From Planctomycetaceae bacterium (lineage in GTDB: Bacteria > Planctomycetota > Planctomycetia > Planctomycetales > Planctomycetaceae): a DNA stretch of 34,729 nucleotides. Of this stretch, positions 34,464-34,729 are shown one piece after another. The notes beneath the pieces were generated by a model, which worked only from the letters and a program-made list of their open reading frames with translations, was not told where the DNA came from and ran no database searches. The stretch lies in NCBI GenBank assembly GCA_020426425.1, contig JAGQQB010000001.1, positions 1 through 34,729 of the forward strand, read 5' to 3'. Each line of letters opens with the position of its first letter. Within the stretch, counting starts at the first letter, position 1. The translations under genes were made by a program, and so were the position numbers.

Positions 34464-34729
34464 ATGCTTGACACGACGAATGAATACCTCGACCACCTGT
34501 TTGGCCTGAGCGGCAAGACCGCAGTTGTCATTGGGGGGACTGGCGTGTTAGGCGGTGCGTTTGTGGACGCACTGATCGGTGCTGGCGCGTACGTGATCGT
34601 CGTGGGTCGCAACGCTGCAGCAGGGGCGGACGTTGTCGCGCGATGTCCTGAGCGAACCGAGTTCTTCGCCGCCGATTCCACCAGTCGCGACGATCTGGAG
34701 AAACTCGTCGCCCATCTCCGGCAGTCGTC
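34464..34729 (+). CDS. short-chain dehydrogenase/reductase (SDR) family oxidoreductase, N-terminal fragment (3' end beyond window)
   Basis: The frame stays open to the window end, so it is absent from the ORF track. Translation is MLDTTNEYLDHLFGLSGKTAVVIGGTGVLGGAFVDALIGAGAYVIVVGRN, containing the Rossmann TGxxxGxG motif. The tracked minus-strand ORF 34457..34681 is its shadow. Confidence 0.7.
   Translation, partial: MLDTTNEYLDHLFGLSGKTAVVIGGTGVLGGAFVDALIGAGAYVIVVGRNAAAGADVVARCPERTEFFAADSTSRDDLEKLVAHLRQS

Overview
This is a moderately GC-rich bacterial chromosomal segment. Its gene content points to Planctomycetota (PVC group): a DUF1080 protein, a membrane Ser/Thr kinase, a PVC-type CxxCH heme-binding protein and secreted poly-EF-hand proteins. 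I support 19 protein-coding genes (two cut by the window edges), three hairpin terminators and a few repeats or palindromes. By eye I found no rRNA, tRNA, CRISPR array, transposase, integrase or prophage genes. The housekeeping anchors tgt-yajC-secDF, mazG and alaS suggest core chromosome rather than a mobile island. Two loci stand out. (1) A tightly packed three-gene operon at 16588-21597 encodes a MotA/TolQ/ExbB-type channel protein with a roughly 245-aa cytoplasmic coiled-coil tail (as in ZorA). It is followed by two large paralogous single-pass proteins with ExbD/TolR-like anchors, one keeping the conserved Asp and one carrying Ala. Both have Pro-rich and coiled-coil periplasmic extensions. 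The architecture does not fit Mot, Tol-Pal, Ton, Zorya, Gld or Agl as I know them. (2) A 1,791-aa orphan protein at 4440-9815 has a beta-rich N-domain, about 800 aa of helical/coiled-coil region and one MoxR/dynein-clade AAA+ module. Tandem direct repeats sit in its leader. All family calls come from motif recognition by eye. No searches or structure predictions were run, and start codons are best guesses.
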